Below, piece after piece: positions 34,282 through 36,741 of a stretch of DNA of 36,741 nt. The stretch's first letter is position 1. Each line of letters opens with the position of its first letter. The stretch covers positions 1 through 36,741 of IMG/VR virus record IMGVR_UViG_3300014775_000538. The stretch is one strand, 5' to 3'. The stretch comes from a virus (Duplodnaviria > Caudoviricetes). A model generated the notes under the pieces. The model made no database searches, had not been told where the DNA came from, and saw nothing but the letters and a program-made list of their open reading frames with translations. A program made the translations under genes and the position numbers.

Positions 34282-34719
34282 TTATCTCCTTTGAAATGGA
34301 TTAAGTCTGGCTGAATCTCGCTTCATATCTTCATATATATCAATATAGCTGACAGCCTTTGGCGTTACCGCAGATCCCGGAGAAGCTAGATTTTGAAGAT
34401 AATTAGCGTACCCTTGTTTGTATGCGTCCGTATTCATAAAACCTTGCTGCTCTGGAGATAAGCTCATTTGATTAGCCGCCGGAGCCGCAGGTTGCTCTGC
34501 TACGGGTGTGCTTAAATTCAACTGTTCTCTAATTTTAGGATCATTTAAAAGCTGCATTATCCCAGAAAGATTCATCAAACCACCACCAGATACCGCAGTA
34601 GGTGTTCCACTAACCACCGAGGCTACCGGCTGTTGAGACGATTGGACTTGTTGAACTAAAGGTTTAACTGCTTTTGCAGCGGACAACATTGCTGGTTTGA
34701 GCATGCTTGCAAATCCCAT
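34282..34719 (-). CDS. Low-complexity hypothetical protein
   Basis: Fills the operon gap with SD GAGG; Gln/Pro/Ala-rich. Confidence 0.6.
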   Translation of the reverse strand: MGFASMLKPAMLSAAKAVKPLVQQVQSSQQPVASVVSGTPTAVSGGGLMNLSGIMQLLNDPKIREQLNLSTPVAEQPAAPAANQMSLSPEQQGFMNTDAYKQGYANYLQNLASPGSAVTPKAVSYIDIYEDMKRDSARLNPFQRR

Positions 34720-34721
34720 AA

Positions 34722-34988
34722 TTATTTACCTCTTTCCTCTAAAAGTTTAACTCTCACTTTCAAATCATGAATATGCTCTAGCATATCCTCTTTTAATTCC
34801 TGACGCGCAAAAGCGTTGCCAGGACTTGGAACAATCTCTCCAGACGGACTAATCAATTGAGCTTGATTCGCCTTGATCAACTGAATTTCTGACTGTATGG
34901 CGCCAATAGAAGATATAACCCACCACATAGCCGCCAGTAAAACAGGTACTAAACTAGCTAATGCTTTGGCTATATCAAAGTTTTTCAT
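34722..34988 (-). CDS. Small membrane protein (N-terminal TM plus coiled coil)
   Basis: Hydrophobic ALASLVPVLLAAMWWVI; ATGA coupling. Confidence 0.65.
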   Translation of the reverse strand: MKNFDIAKALASLVPVLLAAMWWVISSIGAIQSEIQLIKANQAQLISPSGEIVPSPGNAFARQELKEDMLEHIHDLKVRVKLLEERGK

Positions 34989-35137
34989 TTCATCTTGTTG
35001 ATCAAATCAAAAAGTGTTTTAACTTTATCTTCAAGGATTTTAACGCGGACCGTAATCTCAGCACGAAAAGCTACCCCAATAGCCGCCACCGCAATGATGC
35101 CGGAAATAACCGGCCAAAAATCCATGAAGCTTTCCAT
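34985..35137 (-). CDS. Small membrane protein (50 aa, not in ORF track)
   Basis: Translation MESFMDFWPVISGIIAVAAIGVAFRAEITVRVKILEDKVKTLFDLINKMK; coupled to the portal stop (TAATG) and the next gene (ATGA). Confidence 0.75.
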   Translation of the reverse strand: MESFMDFWPVISGIIAVAAIGVAFRAEITVRVKILEDKVKTLFDLINKMK

Positions 35138-36741
35138 TACCGAGACCTTTGTTTGAGTAGCTCACGTTCCATCGCTGATTGTATTCTAGCAGCAGTTTGT
35201 TTCTCTTGCGAAGCAAGCCTCTGCTGGAATTGTGATTGACGGTTTTGCATAGCCTGTGCATCAAGCTGTAGCTTCTGAGCATCCATCTGAGCGTCGTTCT
35301 GTTCAGCCTGAGCTTTAATCTGTAGCTCTTGCTCTTTAAGCTTGACCAACGGATCAGGTTGACCAGCTCCAGATAGCTGACCAGACAAGTCTTTAACCTG
35401 TTGCATACCTTCCGCAATAAACTGAGCCGTAAGCTGCTCCATTTGTAGCATCTCGTCTTCTGGAGAGATCTGCATACCTTGTTGTTGAGCCTGCTGAACC
35501 TGTTGCGAAAATGCAACCATGGCCTGCTCCTGTGCAGCAATTTTGACGTGCTCCATAACGTGCTTTTGTAGCGCCATAGCAACTGGCGGTAAAGAAGCAA
35601 CCATGGCACTCGTTCCAAAGACCAAGTGCGCCATAATATGCGCTTGATGGTTTTGTCCTTCAAACGCCTTAAGCTGCAACATATCCAAAGCATTGATGTT
35701 TTCCTGAGCAGGATCAATAGGCATTGGATCGTCTGTCGGAACCGCCTTCATAATCCTATCTACATCGGTCACACCCAATGCTTCATACATGTCACGATAA
35801 AGCTCGTGCATGTTGTGCAATTCCGGTGCAGCACCCGCTAATTGTAGTTTGGTTTGCGCCAACACGATCCGTTGCGCCTGACTGAATACGTTCGGGTTGC
35901 TTACCGGAATCACATCCACTCTATCATCAAAGTCTTCACGCATGACACTTGCATCAGCACCTTGAACGGAGTAGGGGTATTCCTGCGGTAAGCTCTCGCT
36001 CATCACACGAGACAGGATCTTAAACTCCTGTCGCATGGAGTAATGCAACCGCTTATGTACAGCGCTCATCACCCGTGAGCCTTGCTCCATCATTGCAATA
36101 GTCGTACCGACCGCTGCACTCTGATTACCATCACCAACCTTCAAGTCGGTAATAGTTGCAAACCTCTGCCCTGCCTGAACAACAAATCCCAACAACTGGA
36201 ACAACGTTGCATCAGGACCCTTGAAAGGTAATGGCATGAGGGAGTCACGGATGGCACCGCCCGGAGCGTCCACATCTCTGAATTCACCGGGCTGGAGTGG
36301 ATCGTCATCGTCCCTGATACGAAGTCCTCTGGCCTTGAAGCCAGCGGGGAGGTTGGACAAAGTACCAGCATCGATCAACTGTCTCAACGCGGCAGTAGCC
36401 GTCCGTGACAAGCCGCCAATGGTATGAATCAAACCTAATCCATAGAAGCCAAAACCAGGCAAGAACTTGAAGTGCGTAAAATATTGAATCTTACGCTTCA
36501 ACTCATCGTCTTCCCGATAGTTGCGTCTAATGGATAAGATTTCACCATTGTCCTGTGAGATCGTTACAACGTAAGGAATCTTAATTCCTGTAGGCTCCCC
36601 CTCGTCGTCAACGTCCTCATAACCCTCTAAATCCAAATCCACATGGCATTCAAGCAACGTACAGTCGTAATCGATCTGTGACGGCTCAACACCCTCAATC
36701 TTGTCTAATTCCTCAGTAATACCATCCATTTCAGCCTGTGC
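35137..36741 (-). CDS. Portal protein (5' end outside the window)
   Basis: LPGFGFYGLGLIH, LRQLIDAGTLSNLPAGFK and AVHKRLH motifs with a Gln-rich C-terminal coiled coil (P22-like barrel). The frame is open to the window edge. Confidence 0.85.
   Translation of the reverse strand, partial: AQAEMDGITEELDKIEGVEPSQIDYDCTLLECHVDLDLEGYEDVDDEGEPTGIKIPYVVTISQDNGEILSIRRNYREDDELKRKIQYFTHFKFLPGFGFYGLGLIHTIGGLSRTATAALRQLIDAGTLSNLPAGFKARGLRIRDDDDPLQPGEFRDVDAPGGAIRDSLMPLPFKGPDATLFQLLGFVVQAGQRFATITDLKVGDGNQSAAVGTTIAMMEQGSRVMSAVHKRLHYSMRQEFKILSRVMSESLPQEYPYSVQGADASVMREDFDDRVDVIPVSNPNVFSQAQRIVLAQTKLQLAGAAPELHNMHELYRDMYEALGVTDVDRIMKAVPTDDPMPIDPAQENINALDMLQLKAFEGQNHQAHIMAHLVFGTSAMVASLPPVAMALQKHVMEHVKIAAQEQAMVAFSQQVQQAQQQGMQISPEDEMLQMEQLTAQFIAEGMQQVKDLSGQLSGAGQPDPLVKLKEQELQIKAQAEQNDAQMDAQKLQLDAQAMQNRQSQFQQRLASQEKQTAARIQSAMERELLKQRSR

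Noticed and set aside
35058-35717. 219-aa alternative-frame ORF overlapping the portal
   Set aside because: It is a shadow of the Gln-rich portal C-terminus with no recognisable motif. The true frames tile cleanly by start/stop coupling.
7042-36427. Numerous plus-strand ORFs of 60-146 aa opposite the late genes
   Set aside because: They are antisense shadows of well-supported minus-strand genes, with no motifs or convincing SD sites.
1-36741. Stop-codon reassignment, tRNA genes, integrase, introns/inteins or diversity-generating retroelement
   Set aside because: Genes are intact in the standard code with TAA, TGA and TAG all used as stops. Intergenic gaps are short and show no cloverleaf. 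No RT, recombinase or intein motifs were seen.

Overview
This window is most of a tailed dsDNA phage genome (podovirus-like layout, standard genetic code, strong AGGAG Shine-Dalgarno (SD) sites). It resembles uncultured aquatic proteobacterial phages, though the host is an inference. The left ~6.3 kb is a replication module: a UvrD-like SF1 helicase, a small sigma70-region-4-like HTH protein missing from the ORF track, an AEP primase, an SSB-like protein and a conserved protein, all on the minus strand. An SNF2 helicase and a small membrane protein are transcribed divergently from overlapping TTGACA promoters. The remaining ~30 kb is one minus-strand late region. In transcription order it holds the portal (truncated at the window edge), small membrane and basic proteins, holin, M15 endolysin, GroES, scaffold, capsid decoration protein, major capsid protein, virion and adaptor proteins, a tail fibre cassette with a 2OG-Fe(II) oxygenase, a P22 gp10-like stabilisation protein and five large putative ejection/internal proteins. 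The main lead is a recurrent [MFY]-x-x-G-G-x-[VI/A] motif that punctuates otherwise unrelated internal-virion and small basic proteins, suggesting a polyprotein processing or packaging signal. Other leads are a structured RNA element downstream of the capsid gene that sequesters the next ribosome-binding site, an internally deleted tail accessory gene, and an amphipathic membrane-active segment behind an NPxTG motif. All family assignments come from motif recognition by eye; no database search was run.
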